From an uncultured delta proteobacterium (GTDB lineage Bacteria; Desulfobacterota; Syntrophia; Syntrophales; Smithellaceae): a stretch of 64,000 nt of DNA. This document shows, piece after piece, positions 41,884-50,986 of the stretch. The notes beneath the pieces are model-generated. The model was given only the letters and a program-made list of their open reading frames with translations. It did no database searches and was not told where the DNA came from. The position numbers were made by a program, and so were the translations under genes. The stretch spans positions 25,704 through 89,703 of the forward strand of contig CAVSRI010000002.1 in the NCBI GenBank assembly GCA_963730275.1, written 5' to 3'. How positions within the stretch are numbered: the stretch's first letter is position 1; each line of letters begins with the position of its first letter.

Positions 41884-42804
41884 TTGAAAGCAGTTGTTTT
41901 TGCGTATCACAATATGGGTATCGCCGGTTTGGAAGCGCTGGCTAAACACGGGTTTGATATTACCGCCGTATTTACCCATGAAGACGACCCCGGTGAGAAT
42001 TGTTGGTTCGGCTCGGTCAAAGATTGGGCTGTAAAAAAGAATATCACTGTATACACTGCCGAAGAAATAAATGAACCGCAATGGATTAAAAAAATTACCG
42101 GGCTCCAGCCCGATATTATATTTTCCTTTTATTATCGAAAAATGATCTGCCACGAGATTCTGGAAATCCCCAGGCTGGGCGCGTTTAATTTGCACGGCTC
42201 GCTACTGCCTGCTTATCGGGGCCGCTGTCCGGTGAACTGGGTTTTGATCAACGGGGAAAAGCGCACGGGCGTTACGCTTCATTATATGATTGATAAGCCC
42301 GATGCTGGAGACATTGTCGGTCAAAAAGCGGTAGTGATAGACTTAGCGGATACCGCTAAAACTTTGTACGATAAGCTCTGCGGGGCGGCAAAAGGGCTTC
42401 TGGATGAATTACTGCCTTTGATTAAAACTGGTCAAATACCACGACAGAAGCAGGATTTGAAGGCGGGGAGTTATTACGGCGGCAGGCGTCCCGAGGATGG
42501 CGGCATCAATTGGAATAAAGCTGCGCAAGATATTTACAACTTGATTCGCGGTGTCACCGAACCTTACCCGGGAGCTTTTGCCATTCTGGGAAATGGCGAG
42601 AAATTAATTATCTGGTGGGCCGAACCGGTAAAATCAAACATATCCAAAGTTCCCGGAGAGGTAGAAATCAGCACAAAAAATGTTCGCGTGTATGCCGGTA
42701 AAGGTGCTATAAAACTTATGGATATAGAAGTTCAGGGAAAGCGCCTGAAAGGTTCGCCAATTTCCGAATATTTCCAAAAAGGGAAGGTGACAAAGTTAAA
42801 ATGA
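41884..42804 (+). CDS. UDP-L-Ara4N formyltransferase (stand-alone ArnA N-terminal domain)
   Basis: KAVVFAYHNMG, FSFYYR, NLHGSLLPAYRG; TTG 41884 aligns with the ArnA start. Confidence 0.9.
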   Translation: MKAVVFAYHNMGIAGLEALAKHGFDITAVFTHEDDPGENCWFGSVKDWAVKKNITVYTAEEINEPQWIKKITGLQPDIIFSFYYRKMICHEILEIPRLGAFNLHGSLLPAYRGRCPVNWVLINGEKRTGVTLHYMIDKPDAGDIVGQKAVVIDLADTAKTLYDKLCGAAKGLLDELLPLIKTGQIPRQKQDLKAGSYYGGRRPEDGGINWNKAAQDIYNLIRGVTEPYPGAFAILGNGEKLIIWWAEPVKSNISKVPGEVEISTKNVRVYAGKGAIKLMDIEVQGKRLKGSPISEYFQKGKVTKLK

Positions 42805-43840
42805 AAATATTGATACTGGGCGTAAATGGATTTATCGGGCATCATCTGATTAATAAAATCCTCACCGAAAAAAAAGATTGGATAGTTTACGGCATGGATT
42901 TGGGCACAGACCGCTGGGCAAGGCTCTGAATAATTCCCGGTTTCATTTTATGGAAGGCGATATTGCCATCAATCAGGAGTGGATTGAACTGCAAATCAAA
43001 AAATGTGATGTCATCATGCCGCTTGTGGCAATTGCCACTCCGAAGCTTTATGTGGAGGATCCCATTGCCGTTTACAATCTTGATTTTGAAATGAATGTGC
43101 GATATCATCAAGAAGTGCGTTAAATATCAAAAACAGGTTGTTTTCCCCTCGACCTCGGAAGTATATGGCGCCTGCACCGATCCCGAATTCAACGAGGATG
43201 AGAGCTTTTTGGTGGTAGGCCCGATCAATAAAGAACGCTGGATTTATTCCTGCTGCAAACAACTTCTGGACCGTGTGATTTACGGCTATGGAACAAGAGG
43301 ACATTTGGAATTTACACTTTGTTTCGGCCTTTCAATTGGATCGGCCCGCGGCTTGATTCACTCTACGCGGCAAAGGAAGGCAGCTCCCGCGTCGTCACGC
43401 AGTTTATTGCGGAGTTGTTTATGAAACGCCCGATAAATCTTGTTGATGGCGGGAAACAAAAGCGCTGTTTTACGTATGTTGATGATGGAATTAGTGCGCT
43501 GATGAAAATATTAGAAAACAAAAATGATATTTGCCAAAACCAGATTATTAACATCGGCAATCCGTCCAATGAATGCTCGGTCAAGGAACTGGCCATCTTA
43601 TTAAAGAAATTATTCAAGGAACATCCTGATCATAAAAATGATAAAAGTTATTCCGAAATAATCGATGTTTCCGCTGATACCTATTACGGCAAAGGCTATC
43701 AGGATATTTACACCCGGAAGCCCAGCATCGAGAAGGCGAGAAAACTTTTGAAGTGGGAACCAAAAATTGGCTTGGAAGAATCATTGCGTCTAACCCTCAA
43801 TTCGTTTCTGGAAGAAAATAAAGACGCCGACATCAAATAA
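42801..43840 (+). CDS. UDP-glucuronate oxidase/decarboxylase (stand-alone ArnA C-terminal domain), about 3 frameshifts
   Basis: [13 protein letters not shown] from ATG 42801, then [23 protein letters not shown] and [12 protein letters not shown] in successive frames (shifts near 42915, 43100, 43320). Confidence 0.85.
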
Positions 43841-43841
43841 A

Positions 43842-44697
43842 ATGGCAATGCTTGGATTAAAAATCGATGTCGATACTTACTGGGGCATGAAAAACGGCGT
43901 GCCCTGTCTTTTGGAGACCTTAAAAGAATTTCAAATAAAGGGAACATTTTTTTTGAGCATCGGGCCGGATAATTCCGGCCGGGCTGTATTGCAGCTAATC
44001 AAGAATCCACTTTTTTTAAAAAAGATGATGCGGACAAACGCAGTCTGCTCTTTACGGCTGGAAAACAGCTCTCTACGGTACATTGCTTCCCGCGCCCATG
44101 ATCGCGCTTTCTTTTCCGCAAATTGTGAATGATATAATTGCCGCCGGCCATGAAGTCCAGTTTCATGCCTGGGATCATCGCCGCTGGCAGGATGAACTCC
44201 GATAAATCCGAAAAATGGATTAGAGAATGGTTTGCCAAGGGCATTGCCGGTTTTGAAAAATTAACCAGGAAAGAAACCTACCGCCTTCGGCGCTCCTTCC
44301 TGGTTCGTTGATAATCGAGTGCTCTCTATAATTAAAGAATATCAATTTGCATATCTAAGCTGTACGAGGGCTGCGCGCCGTTTATCCATGAAATAGCCGA
44401 TATATTAGAGATACCTTCCGATTTGCCTTGCTTTGAAGAAATTGATGCACAAAAAGGCGTATCAATTATTTCCGATCTTCTTCAAGATGGCCAAACACAT
44501 GTCCTGCCGGTTCATGCCGAAGTGGAAGGCGGCATCTTTCAAAAGCAATTCAGAAAACTTTTAGAAAAAGCGTTGAACAGGGTATGGAAGTTGTACCGCT
44601 AAAAGAAATTAAAGAGAAGGTGGATATTAAAACCTGACCTACAAGAAAATACAAAATGGAATTACTTCCCGGCCGCCATTCTCCCTGCGCGGTGTAA
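43842..44697 (+). CDS. arnD: L-Ara4FN-phosphoundecaprenol deformylase ArnD-like, several frameshifts
   Basis: LKIDVDT, FFLSIGPDNSGR, then LYGTLLPAP, HAWDH and HAEVEGG in shifted frames; ends LPGRHSPCAV*. Confidence 0.8.
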
Positions 44698-44757
44698 ATA
44701 AAGATTTAGTATTTTTCAGGTATTGCTTATTCTTTTTTAATCATGTAAATTATATAT

Positions 44758-45149
44758 ATGGAAAGAAAAGAGATGCTCAAATATTGGGTAGAATCCTCTG
44801 ATTTGGACTATGACGTTATGCAAAGCCTCTTTGCTAACGGTTATTATGCATGGTCACTTTTTTTGAGTAATCTGTTATAGAAAAATTGCTGAAAGCATAT
44901 TATGTAATAAAGGTTGATGTAAATTATCCTCGTATTCATAATCTTATTGAAATTGCCGATAAGGCGGCTCTGGTTTTATCCGAAGATCAAAAGGTAATTT
45001 TAGAAGAATTGACAACGTTTAATCTTCGGGCAAGATACCCTGATTATAAAAACAGATTTCAAAAAAAGGCAACTCGTCAATTTACGGAAAATCAAATATC
45101 TAAGGTAAATGGTTCCAGAAAATGGCTGCTCGAAAAGATAAGCAATTAG
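44758..45149 (+). CDS. HEPN domain protein (one frameshift near 44873)
   Basis: MERKEMLKYW...WSLF then IEKLLKA, IHNL and ARYPD in the next frame. Confidence 0.82.
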
Positions 45150-45466
45150 TTTATAAAAAAATAAAAGATTATTTAAAGAATTTGGAACGCAACAATATTG
45201 TTGTCTGGCGTTTATATCTTTATGGTTCATATGCTAAAGATACTTATAATTCGGAAAGCGATATTGATCTGGCAGTATTCCTTGATCGGGACGATATTGA
45301 TGGCTTTGACGAAGATGTGCAACTGAGAAAATTAAGGTGGAATATTGATCTGCGAATCGAGCCGCACACATTTGCCCGGTCGGATTTTGACGAAACCGAT
45401 CCATATATTAAAGAGATAATCGAAACGGGCGAACGAATTTTTGATAAAAGCCTATCTGCTGAATAA
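45122..45466 (+). CDS. Minimal nucleotidyltransferase (MNT)
   Basis: LYGSYAK...SDIDLAV (GSx10DxD); overlaps the HEPN gene. Confidence 0.9.
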   Translation: MAARKDKQLVYKKIKDYLKNLERNNIVVWRLYLYGSYAKDTYNSESDIDLAVFLDRDDIDGFDEDVQLRKLRWNIDLRIEPHTFARSDFDETDPYIKEIIETGERIFDKSLSAE

Positions 45467-45494
45467 TTGATTTATAGAAAATATCGGGAATTTG

Positions 45495-45783
45495 TTATGA
45501 GCTTTTCTTAAATAACCCTTCCAATTTATCTTTAGTTTTTAAATCAGTTGCGCCGGGAGTATTTGCTGTTTGTTTAAAGCTAAAAAAATCACAAAAATTG
45601 GAGCGGCTTTTCTCCAGCACTCTTTCGGCTTGAGGTTCTCGGCAGTCGTTATACGCGCCTACGTCATAGAAAGAGCAGTTCAGACAGCAATGCAGATCAG
45701 CTCCGCAGGAAGGGCATTGCGCTTGCCTGTCGATAAAAAAATCCTCGTGCGATTTCTTTTTTACATTTATAGCAAATTTTCAT
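45495..45783 (-). CDS. Cys-rich (Zn-binding) hypothetical protein, one frameshift near 45747; not in ORF track
   Basis: Manual translation: MKICYKCKKEI / EDFFIDRQAQCPSCGADLHCCLNCSFYDVGAYNDCREPQAERVLEKSRSNFCDFF...KLEGLFKKSS*. Confidence 0.75.
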
Positions 45784-45913
45784 GGAAGTAAAAATATAAG
45801 CAATGCCGAATAATTGTCAAGTAGCTTTCGTGGATATGTGAGAGTCAGATAAATTTTGAAAGACCGGGCGACATTCATTATGTGCTGTGTAACTTTTGTA
45901 TTTAACTTAAAGT

Positions 45914-46720
45914 CTATGTTTGTTCTTGATATTTATTAAGTATTTTTCGGATTTCTATGTAGCATTGTTCAAATTTACGATTCATATTAAGAAATATAAT
46001 AAACGCATTTAATTTGATATCACAAGAAATCAGAAACGCCAGCGATGCAATTCTTGAAAGAGATTCAACTCTTTTATCTTCTTCAAACGCTTTATAAAGC
46101 ATTCTTTCTGAAAACGGTCCACCGTGAACAAGCGAGGAGAGTTCCGAATATTCTGGAATAATTTTCCAAATAAAATTAGATACAATATTTTGTGGTACTT
46201 TCGACACAATATATTCCGATATTTTTCTATAATTAAATTGACTTGATTTTTTTTGTATTTCTTTTAGGGAGTGTTTTGATGCCTCTTGTTTAATTTCTTG
46301 CAATATATCAAACGGATTTTTACTAATGCTTTCTTGATCAATGAGCTTGGCAGCATATTTTAGAGAATCGATATAAGAAACATCTTCGGCTAGATCGCAA
46401 AATTTGTAATATTCCTCGCCAACAGTATCATTCTTTTCTTGTGCCCAACGCAAGAAAATATATTGAAATTTAACAGAATGCTCAATCAGTGAGCGAAACA
46501 ATATGCCTGCACTATATATGTCTTCATTTTCAGATAGTTCAAATATTGCCTCTTTCAAAAAGTTGGATCTCATAATGAACATAACTGATGCCTGCCAAAC
46601 ATTAGGAATATTATGATTAATTGAATCTTGTAAAACCAACGGCATCCATTTTTCGATTAAAGCATGAATTTCTTCGTCAAAGATTCGTAGTTCATCTATT
46701 TTCTTCGAAAGACATGCCAT
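45914..46720 (-). CDS. Hypothetical helical protein, DUF5677-like
   Basis: 268-aa ORF; LFRSLIE and YSELSSLVH motifs; visibly AT-rich. Confidence 0.65.
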   Translation of the reverse strand: MACLSKKIDELRIFDEEIHALIEKWMPLVLQDSINHNIPNVWQASVMFIMRSNFLKEAIFELSENEDIYSAGILFRSLIEHSVKFQYIFLRWAQEKNDTVGEEYYKFCDLAEDVSYIDSLKYAAKLIDQESISKNPFDILQEIKQEASKHSLKEIQKKSSQFNYRKISEYIVSKVPQNIVSNFIWKIIPEYSELSSLVHGGPFSERMLYKAFEEDKRVESLSRIASLAFLISCDIKLNAFIIFLNMNRKFEQCYIEIRKILNKYQEQT

Positions 46721-46769
46721 AGTGGAATTTATTTAAGTAAATTATAGTAGATTTTTCTATTAAAAGTCA

Positions 46770-48014
46770 TTATCTGTTTTCCACCATCCAATCTTTTCCG
46801 CCCAGTATTCGGGCGACTAGAATACTCGAAACATTATCGCCGATGGCGTTTACCATCGTTGCCGGAGCGTCAACCAGTGTTCCAATCATCGTGATAAGCG
46901 GGAAGGATTCCATCGGAAAGCCGTAAACGGAAATTATCAAAATTTCGCCGATTGTTCCGCCCCCTGGTATGCCGCTCACCACCACTCCGACCAGAAGTGC
47001 TATACCAAGCGCTGTCGCAATAGTTTCGATTCCTGAAAAACTTATATTGAATATCCCAAACAGAAAGGCAATCTTCACGACAGCAGCAAGGCAGGAGCCC
47101 TCCATATGCATGGTCGCGCCGACGGGAATAACAAATTCGCTGATTTCCTGGGGCACACCTGTTTTGTCCGCCGCTTCCAGATTGGCGGGAATTGTGGCTA
47201 TAGAACTTCCCGTAGCCAGAGCGACGAGAGACGGCGGTATGATGTTGCGCCAGAAACGCCGCAGACCTTCACTTCTGGCGGCTACAAAGACATAAAGGGT
47301 GAAGGCGATGAAGTAGTACAAAATGGCCGTCGGGTAATATAGAATCACGACTCTGGCGTATGAGCCCAGGAGTTCCGGTCCGAAGACGCCGACAAGATAG
47401 GCGAAATAAGCGCAAAGGCCAATCGGTGCATAGTACATGATGAAGAAAATTAGTTTCATCATAACCTGACTTGCCGAGGTCAGGAAATTGGCGAAATTTT
47501 TACCGCGTTCGCCGGATGCTGAAGTCGCGAGTCCCGTGAGAACAGCAAAGATGATAAGGGCCAGCATATTTTTCTTGGATAAAAGATCGGTAAAATCGCC
47601 GACTGTAAAAGCTTTCACTATTTCGTTGGAGGCTTTAATGTGTTCGAGATTTACGCTGCTGACAAAGTTAACATGGACACCGACTGCAGGAGGATAGAGC
47701 ATGACTCCGATCAGCATGACAATTGAAGCAATGAGGCCAGTGATTACGAACACAAGGATCATCGCCGATAAGATTTTTCCTAAGCGCCGGATATTAGGCA
47801 TTCCCGCAACAGCCGATGATATAGAGAAAAAGACAAGAGGAACAATGGCGGTAAAGAGAAGATTTAAAAAAATGTCACCCAAGGGTTTTAAGATCGCGGC
47901 ATCTTTTTTGAAAATAATTCCGATAATTGCGCCGATAATAATGGACACAATCAGAATAATCGAAAAACCGTATGATTTTAGGAAGGGAGGTAATTTATTT
48001 TTCATATTTTTCAC
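46770..48014 (-). CDS. Dicarboxylate/amino acid:cation symporter (DAACS)
   Basis: TGSSIATIP, PVGATMHMEG, GIPGG, TMVNAIGD. Confidence 0.93.
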   Translation of the reverse strand: MKNMKNKLPPFLKSYGFSIILIVSIIIGAIIGIIFKKDAAILKPLGDIFLNLLFTAIVPLVFFSISSAVAGMPNIRRLGKILSAMILVFVITGLIASIVMLIGVMLYPPAVGVHVNFVSSVNLEHIKASNEIVKAFTVGDFTDLLSKKNMLALIIFAVLTGLATSASGERGKNFANFLTSASQVMMKLIFFIMYYAPIGLCAYFAYLVGVFGPELLGSYARVVILYYPTAILYYFIAFTLYVFVAARSEGLRRFWRNIIPPSLVALATGSSIATIPANLEAADKTGVPQEISEFVIPVGATMHMEGSCLAAVVKIAFLFGIFNISFSGIETIATALGIALLVGVVVSGIPGGGTIGEILIISVYGFPMESFPLITMIGTLVDAPATMVNAIGDNVSSILVARILGGKDWMVENR

Positions 48015-48781
48015 TCAATCGAGAAATCAAAGTATGTGTATGGATAGGGTTCATTTTTCAGTGTGAAGTGCCACCACTCCAGATCATAATTTTTAAATCC
48101 GTGTTTTTCCATGAGCGTTTTCAGCAGAAGCCGGTTAATTTTTTGCTGCTGGCCGATGTTTTTGTTGGCCGTATGCGAAAGCTCATGAAAACAGTCAAAA
48201 CCGGTGCCCATATCGATGCTATTATCACGGAAGCGTTTGTTTGCGGGCAGATAACATGCGGATAATTTTTGTCCGGGGATATAGTCCTGTTGCTTGGATG
48301 CAGGGAAGGGGACAATGGTCAAATCAAGGGTACTGCCGCGGCTGTGACCGGATTTGCTGTCAATATAGCCGTCTTTAAATAGATTTTTCTTATCCACAGT
48401 TGGATAAAACTCTTTTTTGGTTTTGGTGTTGTCAATTTCCTTGGCCCAGCGCACAAAGTGATCTACTGCGCGCTGGGGGCGGTAACAATCATAAACTTTT
48501 AGCGTCAATGAAAAGGGTTCCAGTTCTTTTTGGACGTTAAGAAGAGCTTCCGCCGCTTCATTGGTGAGGATGCATTTGGGCGCCAGATAGCCGTCAACTC
48601 TTTCTCCCACAAAATTATGGGCTCCGCAGTAGCGAATATCAAGTTGGATTTCCGGAATTACTTCTTTTATATCGACAAAGCCTTCCGGGATTTTATCCGC
48701 GGCGGTGGAGATAGGCGTAAATTGCGGAAAACACAAAGCAGTAATTATTAATACAGCAATTACAATCTTTGTTTTCATCAA
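48011..48781 (-). CDS. D-alanyl-D-alanine dipeptidase (M15D, VanX/DdpX-like) with signal peptide
   Basis: DCYRP, SGHSRGSTLD, DMGTGFD, EWWHF. Confidence 0.93.
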   Translation of the reverse strand: MMKTKIVIAVLIITALCFPQFTPISTAADKIPEGFVDIKEVIPEIQLDIRYCGAHNFVGERVDGYLAPKCILTNEAAEALLNVQKELEPFSLTLKVYDCYRPQRAVDHFVRWAKEIDNTKTKKEFYPTVDKKNLFKDGYIDSKSGHSRGSTLDLTIVPFPASKQQDYIPGQKLSACYLPANKRFRDNSIDMGTGFDCFHELSHTANKNIGQQQKINRLLLKTLMEKHGFKNYDLEWWHFTLKNEPYPYTYFDFSIE

Positions 48782-49527
48782 GGAAACCTCCCTGTTGTTT
48801 CTTCTATTCCCATAATAATGAGCGGCTCTGCCTGCGGATCAAGCCAGTCGAGAATTTTAATGATATTTTCTTCGGAAACCGCCACACAGCCTTCCGTAGT
48901 ATCATTTTCTCCTCCCCAAACATGAAGGAAGATAGCGCTGCCCTGTCCTTTGATAACCGGATTGGTGTTATACTCGATCACGATACCATATTTATAGAGA
49001 TTATCATCACGTTTCATTTTTTCGGAGGATTTAGCTTGCGTAGCGTCTTTTTTGACCCAACGATTGTAATCGTCGGCATTAACATCATCAACCCATAGAT
49101 CGTCAGCTAATGCCTGACGGTAGGGCATTTTAGTTTTTATGGACTCATCATAGCCGAAAGTCATTTTCAGAGGAAAAATGCCGGAAGGGGTTTTACCGTC
49201 TCCTTCTCTTTTTTCTCCGAGCTGGGCAAAACCGTTTTTGCCGACTACGGCATTAAAAGGCTCGAAAACAGATTTCCATTGGTTGTTGATTTTTTCCAGG
49301 GTGTAAACTCTTTGTTCAGTAAAGAAAAATAATTTGGTATCGGTTGTTACCAGCAAAACCTGCTTTGATTTACCGATTTTGTTTTCCAAGAAAGCCCATA
49401 GAGCAGCGGAGTTAGGATTGAACGCCAAAGAACGAGATAAACAAGCCGATATGGAAAGAATCACCAGCACGAGAAAAGATAAGAGAAAAAATGTTGAAGA
49501 TTTTGCAATTTTCACAGAAGGATTCAT
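48778..49527 (-). CDS. L,D-transpeptidase family protein (possible lipoprotein)
   Basis: KREGDGKTPSG, GSAIFLHVW...TEGCVA; ISAC lipobox-like. Confidence 0.9.
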   Translation of the reverse strand: MNPSVKIAKSSTFFLLSFLVLVILSISACLSRSLAFNPNSAALWAFLENKIGKSKQVLLVTTDTKLFFFTEQRVYTLEKINNQWKSVFEPFNAVVGKNGFAQLGEKREGDGKTPSGIFPLKMTFGYDESIKTKMPYRQALADDLWVDDVNADDYNRWVKKDATQAKSSEKMKRDDNLYKYGIVIEYNTNPVIKGQGSAIFLHVWGGENDTTEGCVAVSEENIIKILDWLDPQAEPLIIMGIEETTGRFP

Positions 49528-49890
49528 TCCATTTTTTTATTGTTTTAATGGAAAAAAGGTGCAATTTCAATAAGAAATATTTGATTGCCACTTGGAGCGA
49601 CTACAAAAATATCACCAAACAGCCAATAGTTTCTCGATATTTTCGTAAAAATGTCTCCCCAAAAAGTGCTTAAAATTTCCTTGACATCCTCAGATACTAA
49701 CGGCATAAGTATTGATAACGAATATAAGAAATCCTTAATTTTATATATAAATCGATCAGCAGGTGGTCTTAAATCCGAATAAATTAAAAAACTGACTAAT
49801 AATTAGTAATCCTTGACTTTTCTTTCTTTTATGATAGTTAAAAGGCTTATGTTAAAGTGGCAATCCTTCAAATCTATATTGAAAGATAAA

Positions 49891-50805
49891 ATGTCGGGTA
49901 ACCCGTTTACTTTAATGGTTATTTCGCGCACAAACAGCGCGGTAAAAAAAATATCACTTCCCAGATTTTTAATCAGCAGTTTTTTGGTAGTTTCTTTTGC
50001 AGCTATTCTGATATCCCTTTATTTCATTTATGATTATGCGAGTATTAAGAGAGATAGAGCGGAGTTAGTGAGGCTTAGGGAGCAAAATAAAGAACAATCT
50101 CAACAGGTTCAAGATTTGGCCCTGCGGGTGGATGAATTTTCCGATCGCATGGAGGAACTCGGACAAGTTGATACAAAAATTAGAATATTAGCCAGCCATC
50201 AAATAGGACGAAACAAAAAACTGCCCTTGGGTATTGGCGGAGCAGCTGATACTGAAACAAGATTAAAAGAATTATTGGATCAAGATCAACATAGGTTGAT
50301 CTATGGGATGCGTAAAAACATTACCGCGTTAAATGAAGATGCTAATTATCGGGAAAAGAGTTTCAATGAACTATTGGCTTTCTTACACGAACAAAAATCG
50401 ATTCTTGCCGCTACACCATCTATCTGGCCGGTTAAAGGGTGGATAACTTCTGGTTTTGGCCCAAGGGAATCGCCTTTTTCCTCCGGAGTTGAATTTCATA
50501 AAGGAATAGATATAGCGACTAGATACGGAAAAGAAGTGCTGGCAACGGCGGATGGATTGGTAATTGATGCTTCTTACCATTCTCAAGACGGCAATTTGGT
50601 GAGAATAGATCATGGGCACGGATTGGTTACCGCCTATTGTCATTTATCGAAGATAACCGCAAAATACGGAATGAGAGTTAAAAGAGGAGACGTAATAGGC
50701 TATGTCGGCGATACCGGCCGCAGTACAGGTTCGCATCTTCACTATGCTGTTTTTGTTAATAGGGTGCCTGTCAATCCGCAAAGGTACTTAAAAAATAAAT
50801 TATAA
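49891..50805 (+). CDS. M23 family metallopeptidase (start uncertain, 49813-49891)
   Basis: TM and coiled coil; PSIWP, HKGID, HLS, STGSHLHY. Confidence 0.92.
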   Translation: MSGNPFTLMVISRTNSAVKKISLPRFLISSFLVVSFAAILISLYFIYDYASIKRDRAELVRLREQNKEQSQQVQDLALRVDEFSDRMEELGQVDTKIRILASHQIGRNKKLPLGIGGAADTETRLKELLDQDQHRLIYGMRKNITALNEDANYREKSFNELLAFLHEQKSILAATPSIWPVKGWITSGFGPRESPFSSGVEFHKGIDIATRYGKEVLATADGLVIDASYHSQDGNLVRIDHGHGLVTAYCHLSKITAKYGMRVKRGDVIGYVGDTGRSTGSHLHYAVFVNRVPVNPQRYLKNKL

Positions 50806-50986
50806 AAAGCGGAAGCGCAAAATGCGATTCTCGTCTTATGGCGAAAATTAAGGAACAAAATAAAAATACTCATTTTCTTTATCAAAAGTTCCTCCTCATG
50901 GCCTGATATTTTATTGTTAATAAATTCAACCTGTCGAATCAGCCGGTAAATATGCCGGTTTTTTTTTAGTAAGGTTAGGATTGTCA

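Noticed and set aside
42801-43840. Selenocysteine or stop-codon read-through in the arnA C-terminal gene
   Set aside because: Homology continues in different frames, so these are indels rather than in-frame recoding
45570-45791. 73-aa plus-strand ORF
   Set aside because: Shadow of the Cys-rich minus-strand gene
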